Shown here: positions 10,176 through 20,695 of the stretch, one piece after another
Numbering within the stretch: position 1 is the first letter of the stretch
Layout of the letters: each line of letters starts with the position of its first letter
Assembly: GCA_918797485.1 (NCBI GenBank)
Contig: CAKKNE010000006.1
Coordinates: 992,001 to 1,056,000, forward strand
Direction: 5' to 3'
Source of the DNA: Pelagomonas calceolata
Lineage: Eukaryota
DNA length: 64,000 nucleotides
Translations under genes and position numbers: made by a program
Notes under the pieces: generated by a model
The model's input: only the letters and a program-made list of their open reading frames with translations
The model's database searches: none
Told to the model about the DNA's origin: nothing

Positions 10176-10948
10176 AGCGGGGGTACGGGGTCCCAGTGGC
10201 GTGAATTGAGGGCGCTCGTTCGCGGCCCCATCGAAATTTGAATGGAGGAAAATCGGCATACGGCCAGAGCACTCCCCAGACCCCATCATACCAGCTTTTC
10301 GGGGTGAGAAAGGGCGACGCCGGCGCGCAGTGCAGTGATGAAAGGGCTGCCTTCTCCCGACGGCTTCGGCTCCTTCCGCGGCGCGAGACGGTCAACCCGA
10401 GCGTGGGACCAAGCGTGGGGACCTACCGAACGACGTCGAACGGCCGGAGCGAACAATAAGGCCCGTTCGGCTGCGGCATCCGATGGCGCATTTCGGGGTG
10501 CGCCGATGGGCTGGCGCGATGTCATCGAATCGCCGCTGCGAGCCCGTTGACGTGCATGGGCCATCGCATACGGTCCTTGTAGATGCTCAGTGGCCACAGT
10601 TTTGGTTCAATCGGCCCGGAAGGCACCATTTAGGCTCCATGAAGTCGGCCTCGACGCCGCATTCGGCCCACTGGATGTCGGCGTTGTGGAGGTTTTGAGC
10701 GGTCCGAACGGTTCGGACCCACCCGTGGGTCAGCATAGAGGCCCCCAACGGCCCGACTACGCGCGGAGGCAATTTTTGTGAATTTTCTAGTATGTAATTT
10801 GTGCCTGACATCTGTCAAACCTCATGATTTTGTCTCAAACTTTGTGTGAATTAAGATTAGGCATAGATACGTCCCATGACCGGTTTTCCTCCATTAAATT
10901 TTCGACGCGGCGCCGCTAGAGCCGGAGCAAAAACCCGGGACCCCCCAT
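10176..10948. mobile_element. Probable degenerate non-autonomous DNA transposon (MITE-like)
   Basis: 26-bp inverted repeat, 23/26 match (10231-10256 vs 10880-10905); outer GGGGTCCC/GGGACCCC inverted pair; CCTGGAG direct repeat at 10169-10175 and 10949-10955; lower GC and no credible ORF. Confidence 0.45.
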
Positions 10949-11082
10949 CCTGGAGGCTGGGAGAACAGCGTGCCATTAATTCCCAGTATTAGCCTGCAAA
11001 AAATTGCGATCGCGTACGGGAGTAGCTGGCACGGAGAGCTTGTTGCGCGCTTTCGGCTGCCCCGCAGGGTAAGCTCATTTTC

Positions 11083-13083
11083 ATGCGCCTCCTAGTCGCG
11101 CTACTATGGTGCCGTCTCGCTGCGCCGCACGCAAACGTGACGACTGTGCATTTAAGCATACCTTTCGAGGACGGGGCGCGAACCCTTGTGTGGCGCCGCG
11201 CGGCCGAATCCGCAAAAGAAGCCTGTGCGCGCTTCGCAGCAGAGCAGGGGCTCAACGGAGACGTCCTCCCGGACCTCGAGGCGCTCGTCGCCTCCCAAAC
11301 GGCGCTGAGAAAGGTCTCACCGTCGCTGTTTGCGGCGCCGAGCTGGTGGCGCCCCGCGGAGGCCGCCGGCACAATCGCCTTCTTCGGCGGGCACGACGCG
11401 AGCGTGGCTGTTGCTGCGGCCGACGGGACCCTGCTGTGCGTGCTGGAGTTGGAGCGGCTCTTTAACGATCGCTACTACTCGTCGTTTGGTCCCGACGGGG
11501 CGACGCCTAGAGAGTCGTTCGACGAGGACTGGCGGCGCGCGCTTCTCGTTATTCGCGACCGGTCTGAGTGCGCTTATCCGAGGACCTTCGCGCGCGGCAT
11601 CGTCGTGGAGACCGGCGCGTCTCGCTACCGGCTCGAAAAGCTCGTGGAAGAGGTATTCGACGTAGAAACGTGGCTCGCGTGCGATCACCACGAGGCCCAC
11701 GCCAGGCTTGGTTTTTTCGCGTCGCCGTTCGCGTCCGCTTTGATCGTCTCGTACGACGGCGGCGGGAACGACGGTCATTTCAACGTATATGTGGGCCGGC
11801 GGAATCAGCTGGAGCGGGTCGGGCGCTTGGACTACTCGCTGGGCCAGACGTATTTAACGGTAGGGAGTCTGCTGCGCGAGGTCACGAATGATCAGACGTC
11901 GCCGACGCTCCGGGACTTCTGCGCATTTGCTAAAGGTGAAAAACCAACTTTCAGTTGGAACGCGCACCCGAAGCCCCTCGCCCTCGCCGGCAAGCTCATG
12001 GGCTACGCCGCGACCGGATCCGTCAGAGACGATCTCCGCGCGGCCGCGCGGGGGTTGTTGCTGGCGAAGCCAGCGGATCTCTGGCGGGACGAACATCGCA
12101 ACGGCGTGTCCCGAGCGCTCGCGGAGGCCGTCTGCGGCGAAGATATGCAGGGAGGGCGCGACTTCGCGGCGACAGCACAAAACGAGTACGAGGGCTTCGT
12201 CCTCGAGGTCGTCTCCACGTTATTGGAGCGCGCGGGCGGTCCCGGAGCGGTCGACGGCGTCGTGTTGGCCGGGGGTTGCGGTCTGAACGTGCGGGCGAAC
12301 CAGCGCGTCTTCGACGAGCTCGGTGCAGCGGTGTACGTCGCTCCGGCGCCGAACGACGCGGGCCTCGCCGCGGGCGCCGCCTGGAAGGTGACGCCGCCGC
12401 CGCGAAGGCCAGCGCGACCGCAGCACCTTGGTTTCGGGCTATGGGACGGCCCGGACCTCGCGGACGCCGCCGCGGCGCGCGGCGCGCGGAACCTGACGGA
12501 GCTCGGCGGCGTCGAGTACCTGGCGGCGCTGCTCAACGGCGCTCACACGAGTGGCGCGAAGCCGATCGTCGCCGTCGTCCGCGGGCGCCAGGAGTTCGGA
12601 CCAAGGGCACTCGGGAGGCGGAGCTTGTTGGCGGTGCCGGACTCGGTCGATGCGCGCAACCGTTTGAATCGACTCAAGCGCCGCCAGTGGTACCGGCCCG
12701 TCGCGCCGATGGTCGCCGAGGAGGCCATGGCCGACGCCTTCGGCCGAAGCGTGCCGTCGCCCTATATGACCATGGCGCCAGACGTTTCGCCACCGATCGC
12801 GCGCGCGTTCCCGGCGCTCGCTCACCTCGACGGCACAGCGCGCCACCAGTCCGTCGCCCGGAGGGACGACGCGTGGCTCCACGCGCTTCTGCGGGCCGTC
12901 GGCAAGCGGACCGGTCTGGCGGCGTTGATCAACACCTCCTTCAACACACGCGGCAAACCCATCTGCAATACGCTCAAGGAGGCGTTGACCATTCTCGACG
13001 AAGAGCCGGACCTCGACTACCTCCTCGTCGACGACTGGCTCTTCGCCAAGTCCGCCACTCCCAGGGGCGGCAGGGAACTCTAA
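11083..13083 (+). CDS. NodU/CmcH-family O-carbamoyltransferase 1, with signal peptide
   Basis: GGHDAS, ELERL, DHHEAHA, YDGGGNDG, AGKLMGYA, LAGGCGLNV, PNDAG, EFGPRALGRRS, KRRQWYRPVAP, HLDGTARHQ, INTSFN. Confidence 0.92.
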   Translation: MRLLVALLWCRLAAPHANVTTVHLSIPFEDGARTLVWRRAAESAKEACARFAAEQGLNGDVLPDLEALVASQTALRKVSPSLFAAPSWWRPAEAAGTIAFFGGHDASVAVAAADGTLLCVLELERLFNDRYYSSFGPDGATPRESFDEDWRRALLVIRDRSECAYPRTFARGIVVETGASRYRLEKLVEEVFDVETWLACDHHEAHARLGFFASPFASALIVSYDGGGNDGHFNVYVGRRNQLERVGRLDYSLGQTYLTVGSLLREVTNDQTSPTLRDFCAFAKGEKPTFSWNAHPKPLALAGKLMGYAATGSVRDDLRAAARGLLLAKPADLWRDEHRNGVSRALAEAVCGEDMQGGRDFAATAQNEYEGFVLEVVSTLLERAGGPGAVDGVVLAGGCGLNVRANQRVFDELGAAVYVAPAPNDAGLAAGAAWKVTPPPRRPARPQHLGFGLWDGPDLADAAAARGARNLTELGGVEYLAALLNGAHTSGAKPIVAVVRGRQEFGPRALGRRSLLAVPDSVDARNRLNRLKRRQWYRPVAPMVAEEAMADAFGRSVPSPYMTMAPDVSPPIARAFPALAHLDGTARHQSVARRDDAWLHALLRAVGKRTGLAALINTSFNTRGKPICNTLKEALTILDEEPDLDYLLVDDWLFAKSATPRGGREL

Positions 13084-13096
13084 ACAACGAATAATT

Positions 13097-16000
13097 CTAC
13101 AAGGCCCGGGCACGAGCCGCGGACATGCACTCGGTGTATGTCTCACAGTTGTTGGCAGTGACGCTTGGCCTTCGGTCGGCGTCTCTCAACATCACGGCCT
13201 CGAGCCGACCGACGGCGCACGCGACGTCACACTCGGGGGCGGTCGCGACGCCGTGCACGGCCGCGAAGCGGCGCGCGGCGTCGAGGGCCGTCTCGTTCGC
13301 AAACCACCTCACCGCCTCGGGGCCCGGCGCCGCGCCCATCGGCGGTACGAGATTCACCACGATCTCACGAAACGGCGCCGTTGCGTTTGGCAACACTTGC
13401 GACGGCGTCTGCGTCGCGGCTGGCCTTGGTCGGCAGCGGAGCGGTCCTCGACCACCGAAAAAGTCCGCGACGTGGGTCCAGAGGCCGTCGAAGGAGAGGT
13501 GCGGAGCGGTAGCGAGTGCGGCCGCGCGCCGCGCGGCTAGGTCGTCTGGGGCGCGAGGAGCGTCCAGGAGTCGCCTCATCACGTCTCCGAGCGCGTCGAC
13601 GCGGACAACGTCGACAGGTAGCGCGTACGGGAGCCAGGGCTCGTCGTCGTACACGTAGATCGGTAGCGCGCCTGCGGCAAGGCACTCGTAGAGAAAGAAC
13701 GAGCTCCGGCCGTACCCTCGCGGTGCAACCACGTACGTCGCCTCGTTGAGGCGGGAGCGCCAGTCTTGACCAAAATACGTTACCGTGGCGGCGTCGAGCG
13801 TCGGATCTCCCGCGATGATGTCCGCAATGCGCCTTCTGACGGCGTGCGTCGCTCGGCCGCAGAGGAGGAACGTGTATTTGCGGGGCAGTAGCGCCGCCGT
13901 AAATTCGCCTCCATCATCAAATGGCCGCGTGATCCCGTCGGCAACGAGCGGCAGCGCGACGTCGCCCGCGCCGCCCGCGCTCAGGACCAGTAAGTTTTTC
14001 GAAGCCGCGAGGCCCACGTCGAGCACGCGCAAGCCCTCGTCGTGTTGGGACAGAGTGACGTACGCGACGTCCGGCCGCATCGCGGCCTTGAGAGCCTCTA
14101 CAGATGCCGCCATGGCAGCGTCCATCGCATCGTCCGTCCCTCGCAGAAAGACCGCGTCCGTCCACTGCGCGAACACGGGCACGCGACCGCCGAACGCCTC
14201 TTTCGGTTGATTGCGCCACCGATCGATCCACGCGTTCTCGAGCCACGGCCCGTTGAAATGACCGTACTCGTGCGGCGCCAGGTTCCGGAGCCCGGCGGTC
14301 GCGGTGTCAACCTCGGCGAAGCGCTCGGACCACGCGTCGTCCTGGCGCGCCCCGGTCCCGCACGGAGGCGGTGCCGGCGCGGGGTACCTGCGCCGCGTCG
14401 CACGGAGCGCTTCCGTGAGTGCGGCGGCGTCGAGGCCGCGGCGGCGGGCGAACGCAACCGCGATCGCGTCCAAATCATCATCCGGGTGGAAGAGCACCGT
14501 CTCCTCCTCAAAACTGGTCTCGAGGCGCGCGTGGCCGCCTAGATAAGCTGTTCCCATGGCCGTCCGGTGCCAGTTGCGCGACGCGCGCTGCGTGGCGAAG
14601 TGGATCACGACAGCGTAGCGGAACGCCGCGGGCGTCGCGGCCCCTGCCGGGAATGCTCCGGTCGCGTGGAGCAGCGCGCCGTCGAAGAAGAGGACGTCGC
14701 CCTCATTGACGGCGACGGCGATACGTGTCGCGTTTATGCCCGCCGCGCCCGCCGCGGCGGCCGTCTCCGTAAAATTCCGCACCTGTCCGGCCGTCACAAA
14801 GTCCCGGGCGGCCCAGCGGTGCGAGCCCGGCGCGACCACCGTGGCGCCGGTCCGTGCGTCGGTGTCCTGTAGGAAGACCATAGCCGCGAGGTGCGTGCCG
14901 TGTTCGCCGCGGTGCGACCGCGTCTCGCGCATCCGAAAGGCCGCCTCCTGGTTCGTGAAGTCGTAGTGCCACACGTTTTCGCGCGTGGACGGCGCCCCGA
15001 CGTAGACGGTGCAACCGTGGACCTGGTGGTCGGCGCCGAGGCGGGCTGCGGCGATGCCGCGTATTACCGGCAGGTCGACGAGCGGCCGCACGAGCGGCCC
15101 CACGGCGGCGTCGCCCAGCAACCCCCAGAGCCGGTAGCTCGCGTGGTCGTCATGCGCCGACTCATCAGTCGTCGCGCAGCTCGGACTACCAAACATCGTT
15201 TTGCAGACCTCCGCCTCTTCTAATCGCGCCACGAGGCGGGCGCGCAACAGCTGCAGGTCCGTTGCCGTGTCAGCGCCGGCGTCCGTACGTGAGACGACGG
15301 CAAAGCCATAATTTTTGAGATCCTCAAGCGTGGTTTGGATAGGATCGGCCCGGGTAACTTCTAAATACCAATAACCGTGTACGTCCGGCCCCTCGACCTT
15401 GTCAAAATTCACGTCGCGTGCGGCGCGGACCATCGACGAGAAATCTTCAAGTACTGACCCGCCCGCGTTCTCTTGGAAGATGACGCGGCCCCCGGGCGCG
15501 AGGAACCGCCCTATGTTTGCGTAGAAACGCGCGTGGAGGCGCCAGCCCGCGTCGACGGTCATGGCTCGCGTTCTGTCCGACGACGGCGTCCGCGCGCCGC
15601 CGACCATGGCCCACCACGCGTCCCAGGCGTCCGCCGAAACGAAATGGGGCGGGTTCGAAACAACGAGGTCCAACCGGCCCTCCTCGGACTGCGGCAGGCC
15701 CGCGAGGCCGTCGCTCACGTAGGCGACCGCGCGATCTCCAAGTTCGTTAACCCGGATCGTCTCGCGTGCAGCGGCGACAGAGAGCGGATTCACGTCGACG
15801 AGCACGAGATTTTTACACGCGGCGCGGCCCAGGAGAGCAAATCCGATGAAACCCGGCCCGGCGCAAAATTCGAGGCACCGCCGATGCGCTCCCAGAGCCG
15901 CGGCCTTGTCGACAAGCGCGGCGCCGAACGCCGTGTTCCCGCCGCCGTGGGCCATATCCGGGCGCGACAGGTATTGTACGGATATGCCGCCCGGTGCGTC

Positions 16001-16279
16001 CCACGCGGTCCAGGCCTGGGGCCGCGCCGCCTCCTCCACTAAACCCGCTGCCCACCCCAGGTCGCAATCCGGCGCGCAGGCGAGCGCCGGCGCCGGCGCC
16101 TCATTGATTGCGCACGCGCGGCCCTCGCCGCGACCATGCGCGACGTAGTGCGCGCGCAGGGCATGCTCGTCGTACCCGAACGCCGCGCGCACATCGGCGT
16201 AGCGCGTTGCGTAACTGGTCCAGTCGCAGTGCTTGTCCTCGGCGCGGACCGCGGCCCAGGCCACTAGCAGCAGCCGCAT
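13097..16279 (-). CDS. Secreted fusion: NPPH-motif (HemK/MTS-like) methyltransferase + PhyH-type 2OG-Fe(II) dioxygenase + exostosin/GT47-like domain, with shared modules
   Basis: Signal peptide MRLLLVAWAAVRA. MTase: LEFCAGPGFIG, VSDGL, LVVSNPPHF. PhyH: WHYD, GATVVAPGSHRW, GDVLFFDGALLHATG. GT47-like: APRGYGRSSFFLYECLAAGALPIYVYDDEPWLPY. Confidence 0.82.
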   Translation of the reverse strand: MRLLLVAWAAVRAEDKHCDWTSYATRYADVRAAFGYDEHALRAHYVAHGRGEGRACAINEAPAPALACAPDCDLGWAAGLVEEAARPQAWTAWDAPGGISVQYLSRPDMAHGGGNTAFGAALVDKAAALGAHRRCLEFCAGPGFIGFALLGRAACKNLVLVDVNPLSVAAARETIRVNELGDRAVAYVSDGLAGLPQSEEGRLDLVVSNPPHFVSADAWDAWWAMVGGARTPSSDRTRAMTVDAGWRLHARFYANIGRFLAPGGRVIFQENAGGSVLEDFSSMVRAARDVNFDKVEGPDVHGYWYLEVTRADPIQTTLEDLKNYGFAVVSRTDAGADTATDLQLLRARLVARLEEAEVCKTMFGSPSCATTDESAHDDHASYRLWGLLGDAAVGPLVRPLVDLPVIRGIAAARLGADHQVHGCTVYVGAPSTRENVWHYDFTNQEAAFRMRETRSHRGEHGTHLAAMVFLQDTDARTGATVVAPGSHRWAARDFVTAGQVRNFTETAAAAGAAGINATRIAVAVNEGDVLFFDGALLHATGAFPAGAATPAAFRYAVVIHFATQRASRNWHRTAMGTAYLGGHARLETSFEEETVLFHPDDDLDAIAVAFARRRGLDAAALTEALRATRRRYPAPAPPPCGTGARQDDAWSERFAEVDTATAGLRNLAPHEYGHFNGPWLENAWIDRWRNQPKEAFGGRVPVFAQWTDAVFLRGTDDAMDAAMAASVEALKAAMRPDVAYVTLSQHDEGLRVLDVGLAASKNLLVLSAGGAGDVALPLVADGITRPFDDGGEFTAALLPRKYTFLLCGRATHAVRRRIADIIAGDPTLDAATVTYFGQDWRSRLNEATYVVAPRGYGRSSFFLYECLAAGALPIYVYDDEPWLPYALPVDVVRVDALGDVMRRLLDAPRAPDDLAARRAAALATAPHLSFDGLWTHVADFFGGRGPLRCRPRPAATQTPSQVLPNATAPFREIVVNLVPPMGAAPGPEAVRWFANETALDAARRFAAVHGVATAPECDVACAVGRLEAVMLRDADRRPSVTANNCETYTECMSAARARAL

Positions 16280-16467
16280 TCCCGAATCTACGAGCACATG
16301 GCTGGGAGGTAAAAACCAACCTATACCTGCGATCCTAAGAGGGGCGCGCAGCTAGCAGCCCATGCTTTCTTGGCCATCTCTATGCCATGCCGCATGGGCA
16401 GCTCCAGATCGATGCCGGGCAGGAAAGATGGAAGGGCAGCGTAGGAACGCGACGGAGGAGTAGCATA

Positions 16468-18096
16468 ATGCTAAAATGCTGGCTGGTCGCGACGCTCGCA
16501 CAAGCGGCCATCCTCGAGATTTCAATCGATGGCGACACCCTATATCTGGAGGCCGATGCGACGGACGTCGACGCAAAAGTCGCATCGATCGCGGACCGGC
16601 TGCCACAACTGGAAGGCTCCGGCTGCTCCGCCAACGACGGCGCCTGCGTGCGAAGCGTCGTCGCGGCCGCGCTGCGGAACGCCGTCGCGGCGGACCCGAT
16701 GCCCAGGCCCAAGCCGAGCCTGCGCGCCGTCGCCGACGAGTGGAGCACGTTACCAAAAGCGGTCGGACACGACAAAACTTCATCGCCAGCCGAGCCGGAG
16801 GCACCGCAGGACCTCTCCCTCGAATTCGTGAGCCCCGCCGAGCACGAGCTGGTGCCGTGCGGCTGGCTCTACCCGCGCATAAGCTTCCTCATGAGCAATC
16901 ACCGGCGGGCGACGCGCGCGTGGCAGTACTGCGCGGCGGTCGCCGACGCGGACGGAAGGCGGCTGACCCAGCGGTGCGCGCCCTTCGGCACGAACTCGCT
17001 CCACGGACATCTGATAGAAGAAGCGGGAAATTACACGTTAGAGGCCTGGATCTTCCACACGGAGCTGGGAGGGACGAACGTGTCGCGGCGGCCCTTCGCG
17101 TGTGCGTTCGTGGACCGCGTCGAGGAGACTCCATTACCAGAGGTGCCTCCGTTGGACTGCGACCGGATGTTTTCAAATGAGACGGGCCTCGGGCATTTGC
17201 GGCGGGCGGAGCGCGACGGCGGCACCCTAAGTTTCGCGACGAGCGACGGCGAACCTCGACCGAGGGATCTCGTGATCGGGCTGCGACTCGCGCCGCGGAC
17301 GCGGGAGCGGGCGATCACCAAAGGGATCGCGTCCAGCGACGAAAACTTCGAGCCGCCCGCCTTCCACGCCGTCCTCGCGCTAGCAGCAGCGCTTTCGACG
17401 CTGCCGGAGAGACAGCAAGCGAGGACGCGCGTCGTGCTGCTGCCGAACGGTTTTGCCAATAACGGGGTGAAGGGTATGATAGCGGCCACCGCGATCGAAT
17501 CCAATGCGCCCCGCGTCCGCGTTGACGTCGTACAAAATTGCCCGGAGGGGAACGCCGCCTCCTTTAAGCGAATGTCGGACGCACTCCTAGAATTGGACGT
17601 GGACGACGAGGCGATCTTGGTATCGCTCGAGGACGACATCGTCATGCAACCGAGCGCGCTCCAGGAGCTCCTCGAGCTTTTCGCGGCTTACAGACCGTGC
17701 CTCGCGACGCTGGTGGACCACCCGGTCCTCTACGCCGGCGACGGGCACCTCCTCGGCGTCGCCGACCCGCTGCGGTACGGACCAACCGGGATCATCGCCG
17801 GGCGACGGCGGCATTGGCGCACGATCCCGTCCACCACGACGACCTTCGCCGCGACAAAATCAGTGTACGCCCCTTTGTGGGCGGCGGACCTCCTCCCGGA
17901 CCCCGCGGCGGACTTCGCCAAGTCCTCCCATTTATCTCGGGCGACGTCGAGCGTTGTTGCGCCGCTCCCGGGATTATCATCGCCGGTCGAGCGCGCGGAC
18001 CGCTTCACCGAGCAGTTCTTGGCGCTCTACTTCGATTATCTCGGCTACGTCCGGGCGCTTCAAGCCGTCCACGACGATCGGCGGCGGCCATCCTGA
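16468..18096 (+). CDS. Secreted putative GT-A-fold glycosyltransferase with shared module and Ig-like module
   Basis: Signal peptide MLKCWLVATLAQA; GNAASF..LVSLEDDIV (DxD-like), DHP..Y, HWRTIPSTTTTFAA. Confidence 0.6.
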   Translation: MLKCWLVATLAQAAILEISIDGDTLYLEADATDVDAKVASIADRLPQLEGSGCSANDGACVRSVVAAALRNAVAADPMPRPKPSLRAVADEWSTLPKAVGHDKTSSPAEPEAPQDLSLEFVSPAEHELVPCGWLYPRISFLMSNHRRATRAWQYCAAVADADGRRLTQRCAPFGTNSLHGHLIEEAGNYTLEAWIFHTELGGTNVSRRPFACAFVDRVEETPLPEVPPLDCDRMFSNETGLGHLRRAERDGGTLSFATSDGEPRPRDLVIGLRLAPRTRERAITKGIASSDENFEPPAFHAVLALAAALSTLPERQQARTRVVLLPNGFANNGVKGMIAATAIESNAPRVRVDVVQNCPEGNAASFKRMSDALLELDVDDEAILVSLEDDIVMQPSALQELLELFAAYRPCLATLVDHPVLYAGDGHLLGVADPLRYGPTGIIAGRRRHWRTIPSTTTTFAATKSVYAPLWAADLLPDPAADFAKSSHLSRATSSVVAPLPGLSSPVERADRFTEQFLALYFDYLGYVRALQAVHDDRRRPS

Positions 18097-18200
18097 GCTC
18101 GTTCTGTTTTAAGTTATTTGTCTCCCGTGACTGATTAGTACTACTAGTGATAGGTGGAAATGCATATGCCAGTTCACAAGAACATGTCACTTAGGACAAG

Positions 18201-20576
18201 CTAGTAGGCTGCGCGGCGGAAGGTATCCATGACATCTTGAGCAGTATCAACGGAGGATACCATCTGTACGTCGCGGGCGCTCGCTGGGGCGTACTTCCAG
18301 GGGTGCCAGTCGCAGGTGCAGGCGACAGGGACCAAGCCGGCGGCGCGGGCCGCGTGACCCACGGCCACGGCGAGCTCGGACGCGTCGACGGCGATGCCCG
18401 GGTCGGGGCGCCGCGGGTTCTTGTGCAGGAATTCGACGCATGTCATCGCCGGCGCGCCGGCGTAATCATGCGGATACCAGCGCGCGGGACAGTCGCGAGC
18501 GACGGGGTTCGGCGGCGTCCGAGCGTGCACGGCGAAGTGCTGGAGCCGGGACACGGCAGCCAGGTCGCGGAACGTCGTCGAATACTCGCCGTATTGTTTC
18601 AGCTCGACGACGGCGGCGCCCTCCCGGAGCCAGAGCATGTTCGTGAGCCCGGCGCCGTGCGACGCGACGACCAGCGACGCCCGCTCGAAGAGGCGGACCT
18701 GGGCCGCGAACGACGTATTCGTGAGCGTCGCACGTTCGACGTGTGCCGCGGGCACGCCCGCCGCGGCGAGCGCGGCCGCGACGGCGGCCGCGTCGAGCCC
18801 GCGCCCGTCCTCGCGGTCGACGACGAGCGCCGTCCGGTTCGTGGCGCTGGGGTGGTCCACGAGCCGCGGAAGACCCACTGTGGCGTACGCCGCGTGCCTT
18901 AACCACCGCGCGTCCGCGGGGCCCCGCACGAGGTAGTCGGACTCGCCCGGGACCACGGCGCGCTCGAAGCACACGACGCCTTCCCGCGACGAGAGCCAAC
19001 CGTCGCCGCCGACGTCAACCATCAACTGGGTCCGCCTCCCGAACAGCGTCTCCGCCAGGCCGGCGAACCAGAGCCACGCACCCCGGAAGTCCGGCGCGCG
19101 CAGGCGGCGGCAGGCCGCGGGTTCGCTCCCGTGCGCCCGGGGCGCGCCGGTCGCGTCCGTGCCGTGGGTCCGCGCGATGCTTTCGCCCGCGCCGCAGTCC
19201 ATCCACGCGAGGCGCTCGAGTGAATCCGGGTCCGCGCCGCGCCGCTTGAGTGCGTAGGCCACGGGCAGCAGGTATTTGGCCTGGTGCCGTATGTTATTCG
19301 GTCCGTCGCCGAAGACGAGGGCCGTCCAGCCGGGGAGGTACGGCGCGGAAACAACAGAGGACGCGTTGACGTACGTCGCGGCGGCGAAGCCCCGGTGCGG
19401 CAGCGGCGCGGGGCGCGTCGCCCGCGGTATCTGACTCAGGCCGTCGTGGCGCAGAAACACGCGGTCGGGCGTCTGCGCGCGGGGGTCGCCGTCGGGCACC
19501 ACGAGCGCGAGGCGGTTCGTCGACGTGTCGAGGCAGACGTCCTCGTAGACGCAGTCGTCCGAGTCGTCGGGGTGCTGCGCGCAGTCAGCGCGTGTGACGC
19601 CTCCACCGACGCGCTTGGTCTCCGGCAATTCGGCTGGACGCGGCACGTCGAATTGAATCGACGTCGCGCCGAAGCAATGTATGTCGCCGCGATCGCAACT
19701 CGCCGCGCGGCTTGTCATCACAGGAACCTCCGGACCGGCGTAGCGGTACCACGCCCGGCACGTGTGCGCGCCGGGGTCCAAAGCGGAGGCGACGCGCATG
19801 CTGTCGGACGTGCCGAGCGGCGAACACGACGGGGCCCCCGCGTCCAGTGACACGCAGACCTCGACACAGCACGCCTCGAGCTCAAAGGGTAATAATTCCG
19901 CGTTGAGCGCTTCGTTGACCAGCGCGGCGACGGCCGGCGGCGCCTTCGCCAGAGGCGTTTGGTCGCTTCGTAGCTCGAACACGCGGCCTGTGATCTCCCG
20001 CACCTCCAGGTCCAGTAAGAATTCGTCTCCCATCAGCATGGCGCCGTCCTCGGGCGCCAATGCGACAGCGGTCGGGCGCGCGCTCCACGTGTAGGCCTCG
20101 GCGGCGAGCCAGAGGACCGCCCCGACCGGCGCGCCCGGGGCACCGGCGAGCCGCGTCAGCGCGGCCTCCGCGAGGTGGGCCTGCGCAAGGCGCTCCGAGA
20201 CGCTCTCGTCGCGGCACCACCAGCCGCAGCCCTCCCGCTCCAACAAGGCGGCGAGGTCCGCGCCCAGCCCCGCGCGCGAGCCGCCCATCAGCATGGTCTC
20301 GCCCGCGTCGCCAGGGCACGCGTCGACGACCAGCACGGCGATCTCGCGGCTCGCGAACGCGTCGAGCTCCGCCTCTACCAACTCCGCGACGCAGGCGGCG
20401 TCTGTGCAGGTCCCGTGAGTCTGAATGTCGAACTCGGCCACGAAGGCGCGTGCGGCCGCCGTGGCGTTGCCGGCTTCGTAGGCGATGGTGGCGTGGCTGC
20501 CATCGATGTCCACGTGATATTGCAAGGCCGGGGCAGCCTGCCGCCACAGGCACGCCAGCACGACCAGCCTGTGCAT
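18201..20576 (-). CDS. Secreted GT61 (DUF563)-like glycosyltransferase with shared module and Ig-like module
   Basis: Signal peptide; CVYEDVC, NIRH, VCFERAVV, SFAAQVRLFERASLVVASHGAGLTNMLWL..VVEL. Confidence 0.8.
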   Translation of the reverse strand: MHRLVVLACLWRQAAPALQYHVDIDGSHATIAYEAGNATAAARAFVAEFDIQTHGTCTDAACVAELVEAELDAFASREIAVLVVDACPGDAGETMLMGGSRAGLGADLAALLEREGCGWWCRDESVSERLAQAHLAEAALTRLAGAPGAPVGAVLWLAAEAYTWSARPTAVALAPEDGAMLMGDEFLLDLEVREITGRVFELRSDQTPLAKAPPAVAALVNEALNAELLPFELEACCVEVCVSLDAGAPSCSPLGTSDSMRVASALDPGAHTCRAWYRYAGPEVPVMTSRAASCDRGDIHCFGATSIQFDVPRPAELPETKRVGGGVTRADCAQHPDDSDDCVYEDVCLDTSTNRLALVVPDGDPRAQTPDRVFLRHDGLSQIPRATRPAPLPHRGFAAATYVNASSVVSAPYLPGWTALVFGDGPNNIRHQAKYLLPVAYALKRRGADPDSLERLAWMDCGAGESIARTHGTDATGAPRAHGSEPAACRRLRAPDFRGAWLWFAGLAETLFGRRTQLMVDVGGDGWLSSREGVVCFERAVVPGESDYLVRGPADARWLRHAAYATVGLPRLVDHPSATNRTALVVDREDGRGLDAAAVAAALAAAGVPAAHVERATLTNTSFAAQVRLFERASLVVASHGAGLTNMLWLREGAAVVELKQYGEYSTTFRDLAAVSRLQHFAVHARTPPNPVARDCPARWYPHDYAGAPAMTCVEFLHKNPRRPDPGIAVDASELAVAVGHAARAAGLVPVACTCDWHPWKYAPASARDVQMVSSVDTAQDVMDTFRRAAY

Positions 20577-20695
20577 GTTAAGGACGCTCCATCTCAGCTG
20601 CGCGCCCGGAGCTTAGCTCCTCATCACACACACCCATTTGGCTTGCTTGTGCATCGACACTTGAGCACAGTGCTGCCCCGCGGGCAAAACAGAGC

